Positions 17,983 to 27,689 of a DNA stretch of 64,000 nucleotides are shown here, one piece after another. The notes below the pieces were generated by a model. It was not told the DNA's origin and did no database searches. It saw only the letters and a program-made list of their open reading frames with translations. Each line of letters begins with the position of its first letter. The first letter of the stretch is position 1. The stretch comes from a virus, in the IMG/VR virus record IMGVR_UViG_3300021957_004671, positions 12,199 through 76,198 of that record, one strand, 5' to 3'. The position numbers and the translations under genes are program-made.

Positions 17983-20217
17983 ATGGAAAAAGAAAAATTG
18001 AATAAGTCTAAGAAGACGGCTACTGGTCAACCACGCGATGAGATCAAGATCCGCCCGAAAGACGAGAAACTAAATGAAGCTAAAGGTAAAACTGCTGTTA
18101 TAACCTTTGGTCGTATGAATCCTCCGACGATTGGTCATGAAGTTCTTGTTCAGAAAGTTGTAACTACTGCAAGACAATCTAGTGGAACTCCCTTAATATT
18201 TCTGTCACACAGTTCCGACCCAAAGAAAAATCCGCTCTCCTATGAAGAAAAGGTCCGATTGGCTCAGGCCGCTTTTGGTCGTAACATTGTAGTGAAATCA
18301 CGCGCCCGTACCATTATAGAAGTACTGAAACAGTTGACTGGTCAGTATGATAGTGTGAAGGTTGTGGTTGGTTCGGACCGAGTGCCAGAATTTGAAAGGA
18401 TCCTTAAAACTTATAACGGCAGAGACTTCAAGTTTAAGTCCGTAGAAGTTGTATCCGCTGGCACTCGGGACCCGGACGCTGAAGGCGTTTCCGGTATGTC
18501 TGCATCCAAGATGCGTGATGCGGCCGCTAAAAACGATAAGAATTCATTTAAGAAAGGCCTGCCAAGAGGTTTAAAATCTATGGCTGATATGGTCTTTACT
18601 ATGGTACGTGCAGGTATGAAGCTCGCTGAAGAGCTAGAAGCTGACGGGTTGCTTGCTGAAGCACCATTAACTGCACTCCAAAGACGTAAGAAAGCCCTCT
18701 CCGCAAGACGATTTAAATCACGTCTCAAGTTCGCAAGAAAGCGTCAATCAAAACGTATGGCATCTCGTAAGCGTATTGCTAAGAGATCCGCACGTGCTGC
18801 TATTAGAGTTATGCGTAAGAGACTTGCTGGTAAAAGAGGCCAAGGTTATAGTAAATTGACTGCAGCTGAAAAAGGTGCAATCGATAAAAGAGTACAGGCA
18901 CGTAAAGGTGTTCTTAAAAAGATCGCTAAGAGATTAATGCCTAAAGTACGTAGAGCAGAGATTGCTAGACACGCAGGTACTAGAAGAGAAGAGTTTGATG
19001 TATTCTTTGATAAGTATTTGCTTGAGACTGAATCAACTATCCATTTAAACTCTTTGGAAGAAGTTTATGCAATGGTTGATCGCTTCCTCGATCGTATAGA
19101 AACTCCTCTCATTACTGAGAAAGCCGAACTTAATATTATTAAAAGAAGTGAGAAAACTGGTATTGATGTTAATGCCTTATTCGAAGCATATTTTGAAGGG
19201 TATAAGATGCCTAAAGATCACGAGACACCTGAACAATCAGGTTTCAGAAATATGAATGAGTTAATTAAGAGTGTTGTTGCAGAAGATATTACTCGTCATG
19301 CAGACCAAAAAAGAGTAAAGGTCAAAGGACCAGATGGTAAAACTACTTGGCGTAATGTTAAACGTGAAGTTAAAATTGAAGGTACTGCATCACTTACTCC
19401 AGAAAAAACTCTTGGCGGCGTTCAACAGAAAAAAGCTCTAGAGTTAGAGACTAAAGGTGCTCCTAAAGGATACCATTTTACTCGTGACGGCAAGCTTAAG
19501 AAAGGCGATGCTGGAGCTGATGGAGATGGCGGACCTAAGCTTCGTTCTGATCCTCTAGACAAACAGCGCAGTAAGATTCCTCCGCTGCCTGAGAATAGAA
19601 CTAAGACTGTCAATACAAGACAGAACAAAGAACTTAAAAGACTGAAGATGAGACATGTACGTCAAGATGCTGCAGCAAAAATTAGTAAACTTAAGAAGAC
19701 TAATCCTAATCCAACTGCTAGAGTTAATGAAGAGTTTGAGGCTCTTGATGAGCTGTACTTCAAAGTTAAACTGAATCAACTACCTCCTTTCTTTGTTGAT
19801 GCTAATTCAGCTGGTGAAGTAAAGCGTGATCTTAGAATGATGATCAAGAAGCCTGATGAAAATATTCGCAGTATTGAAAGACAGACTCCTTCTAAAGTAC
19901 GTAAACACTTTAGAGATCTAGCCAAAGGTAATGCACCTGAAGAAGCTGATATTGAAGAAGAAGGCGGAGCAGGTGATATCGGCACTAATAAGCTGGCTAA
20001 TAAATATAAGAAAGAAACACCTGGACAGAACGCTAATGAGATGTTCGAGAACTTTATGGATGGTAAAAATCCTGAAGATAAAGGCGACAGTGCTAGACAT
20101 GGGATTCCAAAGAAGGCAACTAAAGCTCAGTTAAAGAAGATCAGAAGTTCAGATAGTTCTAGCCCTAGAAAAAAACAGCTCGCGCATTTTCAACTTAATA
20201 TGCGTAAGAAGGATTAG
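17983..20217 (+). CDS. Cytidyltransferase-like (HIGH-family nucleotidyltransferase) fused to long basic multi-module tail
   Basis: FGRMNPPTIGH, KKNPL, VVGSDR, VVSAG.RDPD, MSASKMR; tail rich in K/R with xxE boundaries. Confidence 0.85.
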   Translation: MEKEKLNKSKKTATGQPRDEIKIRPKDEKLNEAKGKTAVITFGRMNPPTIGHEVLVQKVVTTARQSSGTPLIFLSHSSDPKKNPLSYEEKVRLAQAAFGRNIVVKSRARTIIEVLKQLTGQYDSVKVVVGSDRVPEFERILKTYNGRDFKFKSVEVVSAGTRDPDAEGVSGMSASKMRDAAAKNDKNSFKKGLPRGLKSMADMVFTMVRAGMKLAEELEADGLLAEAPLTALQRRKKALSARRFKSRLKFARKRQSKRMASRKRIAKRSARAAIRVMRKRLAGKRGQGYSKLTAAEKGAIDKRVQARKGVLKKIAKRLMPKVRRAEIARHAGTRREEFDVFFDKYLLETESTIHLNSLEEVYAMVDRFLDRIETPLITEKAELNIIKRSEKTGIDVNALFEAYFEGYKMPKDHETPEQSGFRNMNELIKSVVAEDITRHADQKRVKVKGPDGKTTWRNVKREVKIEGTASLTPEKTLGGVQQKKALELETKGAPKGYHFTRDGKLKKGDAGADGDGGPKLRSDPLDKQRSKIPPLPENRTKTVNTRQNKELKRLKMRHVRQDAAAKISKLKKTNPNPTARVNEEFEALDELYFKVKLNQLPPFFVDANSAGEVKRDLRMMIKKPDENIRSIERQTPSKVRKHFRDLAKGNAPEEADIEEEGGAGDIGTNKLANKYKKETPGQNANEMFENFMDGKNPEDKGDSARHGIPKKATKAQLKKIRSSDSSSPRKKQLAHFQLNMRKKD

Positions 20218-20218
20218 T

Positions 20219-20485
20219 ATGTATAGTTTTAAACAGTTTACTGAAGCTACTTATCAAGGTAAGAAAGTAACTCTTAATAAGCCTAGTTCCGGTGATGTAA
20301 AGAAATCAAAAGTGTATGTTGACCCTGACGGAGACGGCAAAGCTCAAAAAGTTAATTTCGGTGATAAGAATATGTCTATTAAGAAGCATATTCCAGCTCG
20401 AAAGAAGTCATTTAGAGCAAGACACAATTGTGATAACCCTGGTCCAAAAACTAAAGCGAGATATTGGTCCTGTAAAGCCTGGTAA
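20219..20485 (+). CDS. Small basic conserved T4-like protein, probable internal head protein
   Basis: MYSFKQFTE N-terminus; KVNFGD...SFRARHNCD...ARYWSC. Confidence 0.75.
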   Translation: MYSFKQFTEATYQGKKVTLNKPSSGDVKKSKVYVDPDGDGKAQKVNFGDKNMSIKKHIPARKKSFRARHNCDNPGPKTKARYWSCKAW

Positions 20486-20499
20486 CTTGAGGTAATATT

Positions 20500-21330
20500 A
20501 TGAAGATTGCAGTCTATGGTGATAGCCAAGTAGACCCTCATCACGTGCGCATATGCGCCGATGCAAACCCACTTATCGATTATGAATACGCATTAGAGAA
20601 TACATGGTATAATCTTCTTAAGAAAGATGGCCATGAAGTAACTGTGTATGCACAAGTCTCCAGAGATAATTTCTGGATCGACCGTAAGTGGCAGAAACAC
20701 CACAAAAACTATGACTTAAATATAATTAGGCCGGCAGAAGGTACTAGACCTTACTTCCGTATACCTGACCATGAATGGCATGATGTGCATACTAATGTCT
20801 TTGGTAATTTTGGACCGGGCCCTCAGACGTTTAACTATTCAAATGTAGATATTAATAATAAATATATTAAGAGTATTCATTTCTGGGTCGAGTATATGAT
20901 GCATAAGGACACTGCTAATAGAGTATTTGATCTACTATGTAGAGACTGGGGTGATGACGAGTCAACTATTGTATTCCCTATGAATACTATTGCTAATGTA
21001 TCTGGTGCTGAAGAGCTCTTCGTAGTTGAGAATAAGCCGCAGAAAGAGCGCCGTGATTGGGTTAGATATATGCTTGAAAAGTATCCAGGCATTAACGTTA
21101 ATAAATGTAAAACTGAATTCCATGCTCTTCCCTATCATAGAAATCCTAATCATATTACTTTAGAAAATCATAAACTACTTTATGGTTTATTCTCTAAATA
21201 TATAGAGACAGGTAAACTAGAATTACCTATTCACGTAGACAATAACGAAACATATACCTTCCCTCACCCTATTATGGATGCTGTTGAAAGGCATATATGT
21301 GAACAGAACGGTATATCGTATGTTGAATAA
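20500..21330 (+). CDS. Hypothetical protein, SGNH-hydrolase-like
   Basis: VYGDS near N-terminus and NH..LENH near C-terminus. Confidence 0.55.
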   Translation: MKIAVYGDSQVDPHHVRICADANPLIDYEYALENTWYNLLKKDGHEVTVYAQVSRDNFWIDRKWQKHHKNYDLNIIRPAEGTRPYFRIPDHEWHDVHTNVFGNFGPGPQTFNYSNVDINNKYIKSIHFWVEYMMHKDTANRVFDLLCRDWGDDESTIVFPMNTIANVSGAEELFVVENKPQKERRDWVRYMLEKYPGINVNKCKTEFHALPYHRNPNHITLENHKLLYGLFSKYIETGKLELPIHVDNNETYTFPHPIMDAVERHICEQNGISYVE

Positions 21331-22048
21331 TAAGAAGGTATTCCCATATCTATTATTAGCCGGTCAGCTTATAAGCATGTTGGCCGTTATACCTATGTTC
21401 ATGTTTGGCGAAGTATGGCAATGGGCTATTACTATAGCTGTGTATTGTTTCTTTATGCTAAGCATTACAGTAGGATATCATAGACTAATATCACACAGAG
21501 CATTTAAATGTCCGCAATGGATACATAATATTTTAATGGTCGGTGGCGGGCTTCCGTTTTACGGTCCTGCTCTTGTATGGGTAGCCAATCATAGAGAGCA
21601 TCATAGGTATGCTGATACAGCAAAGGACCCTCATAGCCCTTATTATAGAGGTGTTCTTAGAGCATACTTCCTACAGGTACTATCCCCTATTAACTTTAAG
21701 TATGTAAGAGATCTGCTACGTAAGCAAGTATATAGAGATCAAGTAAAGTATTATTGGCACTTTATTATAGGTTATGTTCTCTTACTTGCAATCATGGATC
21801 CATTTGCTATTGTGTACGGATTTCTAGCTCCTGCTGGTCTTTCTAAATTATTCGGCGGATTAGTATTTACTTACTCACATAGAGGTCGAAAAGCTCATAG
21901 TGATCTATGGGTTGGTTTAGTTACTTTAGGTGAAGGCTTCCATGAAGAGCATCATAAGAAAGCTTCTACTCATCGCTGGCACACTCTTGATGCTGGTGGT
22001 ATTTTAATTGAGATGATTGACAATGATAAGAGAACACAAAAAGCATAA
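21320..22048 (+). CDS. Membrane fatty-acid (delta-9-type) desaturase
   Basis: His boxes HRLISH, HREHH, GEGFHEEHH; DPHSP; TM helices. Confidence 0.92.
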   Translation: MLNNKKVFPYLLLAGQLISMLAVIPMFMFGEVWQWAITIAVYCFFMLSITVGYHRLISHRAFKCPQWIHNILMVGGGLPFYGPALVWVANHREHHRYADTAKDPHSPYYRGVLRAYFLQVLSPINFKYVRDLLRKQVYRDQVKYYWHFIIGYVLLLAIMDPFAIVYGFLAPAGLSKLFGGLVFTYSHRGRKAHSDLWVGLVTLGEGFHEEHHKKASTHRWHTLDAGGILIEMIDNDKRTQKA

Positions 22049-22685
22049 ATTCCCGCCGTTTGCAGAATTACCTGTAAAACCTAATGCTGAATTAATATCT
22101 GATTTTATGTATGAGAATTACCATAGATGGGAAGATAATATCACTGCTCATAAAGGGCTTGCAGTAGCTAGTAATAACATTGCTAATGAGACTTATAAGT
22201 GTGTAGAACATTTTCATTTAACGGTTCCTAATAAGTCAGATGAGTCAATAGGTGAGGCAGGAGATTATAGTTTAAAGGATAAACTAAAGAGGCAAGTAGC
22301 TCATACTATGGATGAACACAACTGGAAATATCCAGCATCGTTTTATGATAGTACTCCTCTTGAAGATCATCTTAATAGTTTATTCAAAGCAAAGATTATT
22401 AGAGCAAGATATTCTAGAATGAAACCAGGAGGGTATGTACCTCCACATATAGATTACAATACCACATATGCTGTCCGTTGGATTATGCCTATTAATGGTA
22501 ATGAAGGTGTTGTTAATAAGTTCTGGTATAAAGGTGAAGAGAGAGAATTACATATGGAAAATGGTAAGATGTACTTTTTAAATATTGGATTCAGACACTC
22601 TGTTGAGCACAACGGGCCAAATCTTCGGCACTACTTAATGGGTTCTCTCGCTTCACAAGAGGACATTTTACATTTAATGGATTGA
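22023..22685 (+). CDS. Aspartyl/asparaginyl beta-hydroxylase-like oxygenase
   Basis: RARYSRMKPGGYVPPHID, HSVEH, RHYL. Confidence 0.8.
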   Translation: MIREHKKHKFPPFAELPVKPNAELISDFMYENYHRWEDNITAHKGLAVASNNIANETYKCVEHFHLTVPNKSDESIGEAGDYSLKDKLKRQVAHTMDEHNWKYPASFYDSTPLEDHLNSLFKAKIIRARYSRMKPGGYVPPHIDYNTTYAVRWIMPINGNEGVVNKFWYKGEERELHMENGKMYFLNIGFRHSVEHNGPNLRHYLMGSLASQEDILHLMD

Positions 22686-22687
22686 TA

Positions 22688-23227
22688 ATGGATAGAGCAT
22701 ATTTTATAAAAGACTTAATTACTGAACGAGAGTACGATATACTTCGTAGCGCTGTAGGCACGATGTATGACTATTACGTACAAGATGATGGCAAGGCGTG
22801 GTTAACTGATAATGGAAAAAATGTAGATACACATTATCAGGCAGCTCCTATTGATAGGATTGATAACTTTATAGCTAAACTTTTATGTGATAGATATGGT
22901 ATTGAATTTGGTCAACATATCTTTATTGGATCTAGACTCGGAGCAGGTGTTATACCTCATAGAGATCATAGTAAGAGAAATTGTCTTCTGAACTTTCCTT
23001 TATATACTGCATCAAAAACTTTTATAGGGTATGCTGATAAAGAAGGTAAAGAGATTGTACAAGAATTTGTTTATAACAAGCCATGTATATTAAATACATC
23101 TGATTGGCATGGAGCAAAGCATAACGGCGATACTCCTCAGGTTGTTTATCAAATAAGTACATCCCAAACAATGAAAGAGGTAGTAAGTATTCTGAGAACG
23201 AAAGGCTTACTGATAGAAAATGAGTAA
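22688..23227 (+). CDS. Putative 2OG-Fe(II)/cupin-fold oxygenase
   Basis: IPHRD...LNFPL...LNTSDWHG. Confidence 0.6.
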   Translation: MDRAYFIKDLITEREYDILRSAVGTMYDYYVQDDGKAWLTDNGKNVDTHYQAAPIDRIDNFIAKLLCDRYGIEFGQHIFIGSRLGAGVIPHRDHSKRNCLLNFPLYTASKTFIGYADKEGKEIVQEFVYNKPCILNTSDWHGAKHNGDTPQVVYQISTSQTMKEVVSILRTKGLLIENE

Positions 23228-23450
23228 CTGCTATTTTTGGACTTTCTGGAAAATATTAACAGAAGGTGGTAAAGTCAAGTGGTATAAGAGTAAAACATGG
23301 TTTGGTTACCATTGTACTTGGATAGATAGTAAGGGTATTGAGTGGGAATACACTATGCCTAGAATGACAAAGAAGCCTTTGTGGTACATTCCTATATTAT
23401 ACAAAGGTAAGATAAGAAGAGTCAGAAGACAGAGATCAAATAATAGCTAA
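23220..23450 (+). CDS. Hypothetical Trp-rich protein
   Basis: SNCYFW...KSKTWFGYH; coupled to upstream gene. Confidence 0.65.
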   Translation: MSNCYFWTFWKILTEGGKVKWYKSKTWFGYHCTWIDSKGIEWEYTMPRMTKKPLWYIPILYKGKIRRVRRQRSNNS

Positions 23451-23453
23451 ATA
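23447..23453 (+). promoter_or_regulatory. Late promoter
   Basis: CTAAATA upstream of 23486. Confidence 0.7.
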
Positions 23454-23485
23454 ATACTGAATATATTCAACATTTGGAGTAAAAA

Positions 23486-24517
23486 ATGCAATTCTCAGAC
23501 AGCAAAATTAGTAAAGATGTTATCGACATCGCAGCTAGAATCATGCGCGGTGAAAAAATTGAAGAAAAAAAGAAAATGGATCCTGTAGATAAGGATGAAC
23601 TTAAGGGTAAACATACCGATCGTGATGATAAAGATATCGATAATGACGGTGATTCAGATGAGTCTGATGAGTATCTCCATAAGAAGCGTAAAGCTATTTC
23701 TAAATCTATGAAGGAAGATCAAAAGCCTATTAAGTTAAAAGGCTTCGGTAAAGATAAAGCCGGCATGGCTAGTATCAAAAATCCTATTGCTCGTGCAGCT
23801 CTTATGCGCAAAGATAAAGCAAAGAAAGAGGAAGTGGAAGTAGAAGAAGGATATTCATCTGCTGACCGTCCAGGGCAACAACCTAAGAAAATTAAAAGAC
23901 CAAAGCAAGGCGATTATAAGAATTATGTCGATTTAAGACCTTCAAAACTTAATGCGCCTGGTGGAAGAGACAAAGTAAAGTATGTCGGTGAAGAAGAAGA
24001 CTACTGTGATTGCGGCTGTGATTGCGGTAAGAAAGTCTGTGAATCATGCGGTAAAGAGCATAACCCAGCTAGCATTAAAGAGAGTGATTCGTATTATGCA
24101 CACCATGCCGCTGTTAAAAGTGCTGGTGGAAAGACATCTGGATCAGATTATGATCATCACCTCGGAAACGAAATGAAGAAGCGCGGTTATTCTAAAGGTG
24201 CTTATCGAGGACACGGATCATATACTTGGAATAAGACACATAAGCCTACTCACGAATCTGAGGATATGGATACTGCCAATGCTCAAAAAGCTGTAAAGCA
24301 TGACTGTGCTACACACGTTGTTCATAAAGAGCATGGCGAAGGTCGTTGTGTACCTGGTATGCATACTCTTGAAGAGAATGAAGATGGTACAGGTTATGTA
24401 ACTCATTATGACGTAATGTTTAGTGGCGAAGAAGGCCCATACATTCTTGAGGATTGTCCAGTAGAAGATCTGGATATCGTTAAAGAGATGCATCACGGTC
24501 ATAAAAAGAAGAAGTGA
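23486..24517 (+). CDS. Modular probable internal head protein
   Basis: Late promoter; modules separated by xxE sites; DIDNDGDSDESD, CDCGCDCG, HDCATHVVH modules. Confidence 0.65.
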   Translation: MQFSDSKISKDVIDIAARIMRGEKIEEKKKMDPVDKDELKGKHTDRDDKDIDNDGDSDESDEYLHKKRKAISKSMKEDQKPIKLKGFGKDKAGMASIKNPIARAALMRKDKAKKEEVEVEEGYSSADRPGQQPKKIKRPKQGDYKNYVDLRPSKLNAPGGRDKVKYVGEEEDYCDCGCDCGKKVCESCGKEHNPASIKESDSYYAHHAAVKSAGGKTSGSDYDHHLGNEMKKRGYSKGAYRGHGSYTWNKTHKPTHESEDMDTANAQKAVKHDCATHVVHKEHGEGRCVPGMHTLEENEDGTGYVTHYDVMFSGEEGPYILEDCPVEDLDIVKEMHHGHKKKK

Positions 24518-24524
24518 GGCTATA

Positions 24525-26036
24525 ATGCAAGAAGGTAAAAAACCAGGATTGTGGGATAATATCCATGCTAAGCGTAAGCGAATTAAATCCGGATCAGGAG
24601 AAAGTATGCGTAAGCCAGGATCAAAGGGTGCACCAAGTAAGCAAGACTTTAAAGACGCTTCAGAGAGTACTGTAGAGTACGGTAAGTCACAAGAGAAGAT
24701 TAGAGATAGGCAGAAGAATGATAACATTAGTTCTTCCGATAAATCTAAACTTAAGAAGCTTTCTGATATGATGAAGAACGCCAATAAAGTTAACGAGGCT
24801 ATCCAAGCTAGTGATTATAATACTGGTCATGAGAAGTCAGCTAAAGGTTATAGACCAAAGGTTACTCATAAAGAAAAAGGTACTGCTATGTATCTTGGTA
24901 GTACTAGCTATAAGACAAAAGATCATGCAAAAGGTCATGCTGATGCATATCTAAAAGGTTATGCCAAACGAGGCCCAAACCATGCAGATGATATGGCACA
25001 TTCTTATAAGAAGTCTAATAGTGACCATATTAATGAGGATGTTAAAGAAGGTGCATTTAGCAGAATGGATGCTCAACGTAAAGAACGTGAACGTCTTGGC
25101 AAAAATAAAGTAAAAGGGTCTGGCTTAGATACTTATAAAAAGAAAACTAGTGAGCCGAAACGTTCTCTATCTCGTATGGAAGACTTAGAGAAAGATGGAC
25201 CTAAGCGATCCTATCAGTTTAGAGTTCCAACATCTAAGGCTGCAATGGATTATAGCGCCAAAAAAGCTGCTGTACGTAAAGCAATGAACCAGAAAAATGA
25301 CCCGGGCGCAGCTAAAAAAGGTTATGCTCTTTCAGTAACAGATAAAGCAAAAGCTGCTAAGAAGAGGAGAGAGCATATGGCTAAGAATGAATCTACCACA
25401 TATAATGTAAATGTTGCAGGTGAAGGTGGTACTCGAGTAAAAGCTAAAACTCCTAAGCATGCTGCATCTAAAGCATTTAAGAATATGGGTATTGCTCAAA
25501 GACATCGCTCAAACATTAAGCACACTGTTACTCCTCATAAAGAAGAAGTACAAGTTGACGAGTATATCACAGGTAAGCAGATTCGAATGGCTAAAGGTAT
25601 TGCTAATGATCCTCGTCATAAAGGTGGCGATCATACAGGCGCATCTAAGAAGATGGAGAAGATTAAAAAAGGTCTTTCAAATCATCCTGCTGTAGCTAAA
25701 GCACTTAAGAAGGCTAATGAAGAAAAAGAATCAATCTTATCATTCATGGAAGTAGCAGGCCAGAGAGGTCGCCCTAAGAAGGGTGAAATGGCTCAATCTG
25801 ATCAGCATATTATTATGCAATTAAGATCAGCACAAGATATGCATCGTATGGGCGGTGATAAGCATATTACGTTCAGCGGAGGCCAAAAAGCTAAAGTTAA
25901 ACCACATCATGTGAATGCTATTTTGCAGGCACATGATAAATTAAACCCTATGGCTAAACGTAAGTTGAGAGCTGCTATTGGTCGTAATCCACAAGGATTG
26001 ACTAAAGTAGGTACTATGCTTACTAAGAAACGATAA
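24525..26036 (+). CDS. Modular Lys-rich probable internal head protein
   Basis: GLWDNIHAKRKRIK module; repeated VNE/INE/VKE/KNE/VDE boundaries. Confidence 0.65.
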   Translation: MQEGKKPGLWDNIHAKRKRIKSGSGESMRKPGSKGAPSKQDFKDASESTVEYGKSQEKIRDRQKNDNISSSDKSKLKKLSDMMKNANKVNEAIQASDYNTGHEKSAKGYRPKVTHKEKGTAMYLGSTSYKTKDHAKGHADAYLKGYAKRGPNHADDMAHSYKKSNSDHINEDVKEGAFSRMDAQRKERERLGKNKVKGSGLDTYKKKTSEPKRSLSRMEDLEKDGPKRSYQFRVPTSKAAMDYSAKKAAVRKAMNQKNDPGAAKKGYALSVTDKAKAAKKRREHMAKNESTTYNVNVAGEGGTRVKAKTPKHAASKAFKNMGIAQRHRSNIKHTVTPHKEEVQVDEYITGKQIRMAKGIANDPRHKGGDHTGASKKMEKIKKGLSNHPAVAKALKKANEEKESILSFMEVAGQRGRPKKGEMAQSDQHIIMQLRSAQDMHRMGGDKHITFSGGQKAKVKPHHVNAILQAHDKLNPMAKRKLRAAIGRNPQGLTKVGTMLTKKR

Positions 26037-26039
26037 ATA
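26033..26039 (+). promoter_or_regulatory. Late promoter
   Basis: ATAAATA upstream of 26062. Confidence 0.65.
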
Positions 26040-26061
26040 AAGATACATTAAGGAGATTAAA

Positions 26062-26373
26062 ATGGCTTTATATGGAAAAAGAGACCAACTCTCAGACGCA
26101 CCTAAGTTTGTTGTGAGAGCTGATACTGGTGAAACCGGTAAAGAACAATTCGGTAACACTGTATTTGGTGTAGATGCTACCGAAGTAGGTGTTAAGCAAG
26201 AAGCAACTCATTCGGGTTGGGTTCGAGTAACTACTGGTACTGGCGGACGTTCTGGTCGTAAGCAGTATGAAGTATTGGTTGCTGGCGGAATTGAAGGCGA
26301 TGCTACTGACTTTGTTGGTGGTGCAGCTAATTCAACTGGTACAGCTGACGATTCGTCTTTCGCTGACGCGTAA
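26062..26373 (+). CDS. Probable virion structural protein
   Basis: MALYG...VFGVD..E...HSGWV...GRSGRKQYEVLVA; AAGGAG SD; late promoter. Confidence 0.7.
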   Translation: MALYGKRDQLSDAPKFVVRADTGETGKEQFGNTVFGVDATEVGVKQEATHSGWVRVTTGTGGRSGRKQYEVLVAGGIEGDATDFVGGAANSTGTADDSSFADA

Positions 26374-26391
26374 ATTAAAGAGTAATATAAT

Positions 26392-26770
26392 ATGGCTAAA
26401 AAACTAACTGAGTTAAATGCAGTTTCTGAAGTAGCCTGGTGATGTCTTTATGATTGTCACTGATGTGAGTGATTCATCTTTAATTGAGACGAAAAAGATT
26501 ACTGCTAATAGTCTTGCTAATACGTTATATACAATATCTAATGGGAATAATATCACTGCTAATATTGTCGGTGGTACTATTTCCATTGGTGTTAATGATA
26601 TACCGTCAGTTCGCAGACTTAATTTTAGAACAGCTCTTACACCTGCAAATGGTACCTTTATTTCAAATAATGTAACTATGGTGCAAGGAGATGCTTTCTA
26701 TGATGAAGGATATTTGTACGTAGTTACTAGTAATACTGAAATTAAGAGGGTTGTGCTAGGGTCTTTCTAG
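26392..26770 (+). pseudogene. Frameshifted virion-type gene (MAKKLTELNAV.../...DVFMIVTDVS...TKKIT)
   Basis: Frame from ATG 26392 stops at TGA 26440; +1 frame opens after TAG 26432-34 and continues to 26770. Confidence 0.6.
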
Positions 26771-26774
26771 TTGC

Positions 26775-26781
26775 ATAAATA
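26775..26781 (+). promoter_or_regulatory. Late promoter
   Basis: ATAAATA upstream of 26804. Confidence 0.65.
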
Positions 26782-26803
26782 TATGTGATTAGAAGGATAT
26801 ATT

Positions 26804-27208
26804 ATGATCGATAAATTAGATAGCTCAAATGCTTTATTATACGCAGCAAAACACTATGACAATCCTAGTTGTATGGATGTTGTAGAGTTTTATGACGATC
26901 TCAAACGATTCAAATACATAAAAAGACTGCTTAATAAGTATAGAGATTCAAGACAGCTTAAAATTAGGCTAGTAATGAATCATATTATTTTGCTCTACAA
27001 TTTATTTGGACAAGAGGCCGCAACAAGACTTCTCTTTCTCAAGCTGGAAGGATATTACTCAGAGCTTATACCGTTCTTAGAATATCTAAATAGAGTACCT
27101 GAGGTAGTTCATCAGATTGGATTACCGCCAAAAGATATTCATACTGCACACATCAAGCCTGATATCAGGCTGTTTGAGCTTATAAAGGAGACTGTTGATG
27201 GCAAATGA
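26804..27208 (+). CDS. Conserved T4-like hypothetical protein
   Basis: YAAKHYDNP.C....EFYDDLKRFKYIKRLL...NHIILLYNLFG. Confidence 0.8.
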   Translation: MIDKLDSSNALLYAAKHYDNPSCMDVVEFYDDLKRFKYIKRLLNKYRDSRQLKIRLVMNHIILLYNLFGQEAATRLLFLKLEGYYSELIPFLEYLNRVPEVVHQIGLPPKDIHTAHIKPDIRLFELIKETVDGK

Positions 27209-27689
27209 TGTAGTTAGCTTATATGCCACATATAAGTTTCTTAAACGGCTCGTAACGCCTTTCGATCAATGGGAAGCATACCGTTTAGGTATAATTGACG
27301 AAAGAGGCGATATTAAGATCAAAGCCAGAGATCGAAATACTCTTGAGTTAAAAAGAGGCCTTCCTAAATTTGATCTCCTTGTATTAAAAATTAAAAGACT
27401 CATGGAAAAAGTTCCAGGAGGACGTAGTCGTATAGCCTCATACGCTGCTGCTCTTTATCTCATTAAAGAAGACGTTAGTAACTACTCTGCTACTGAACTT
27501 GAATCATTAGATATTGATAATGATATACTTAAGTTAATGGAAGATATTGCTAATACTACTGGCTCAGATGTTGCTGGTACAGGTGACGATAAAGTACATT
27601 GGTATAAGAAGAAGAAACGTAAAGGCTATAAAGAACGTAATAAGCTTGAATCACCTGAAGTGAATAAAGCATTTGAGGAATTTGTATAA
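27198..27689 (+). CDS. gp61.1-like conserved protein
   Basis: YKFLKRLVTPFDQWEAYRLGIIDERG; AAGGAG SD. Confidence 0.65.
   Translation: MANDVVSLYATYKFLKRLVTPFDQWEAYRLGIIDERGDIKIKARDRNTLELKRGLPKFDLLVLKIKRLMEKVPGGRSRIASYAAALYLIKEDVSNYSATELESLDIDNDILKLMEDIANTTGSDVAGTGDDKVHWYKKKKRKGYKERNKLESPEVNKAFEEFV

Noticed and set aside
24218-24784. 188-aa antisense ORF and the many other short antisense or nested ORFs in the track
   Set aside because: They lie opposite or inside well-supported genes, lack SD or motifs, and are expected shadows of biased codon usage
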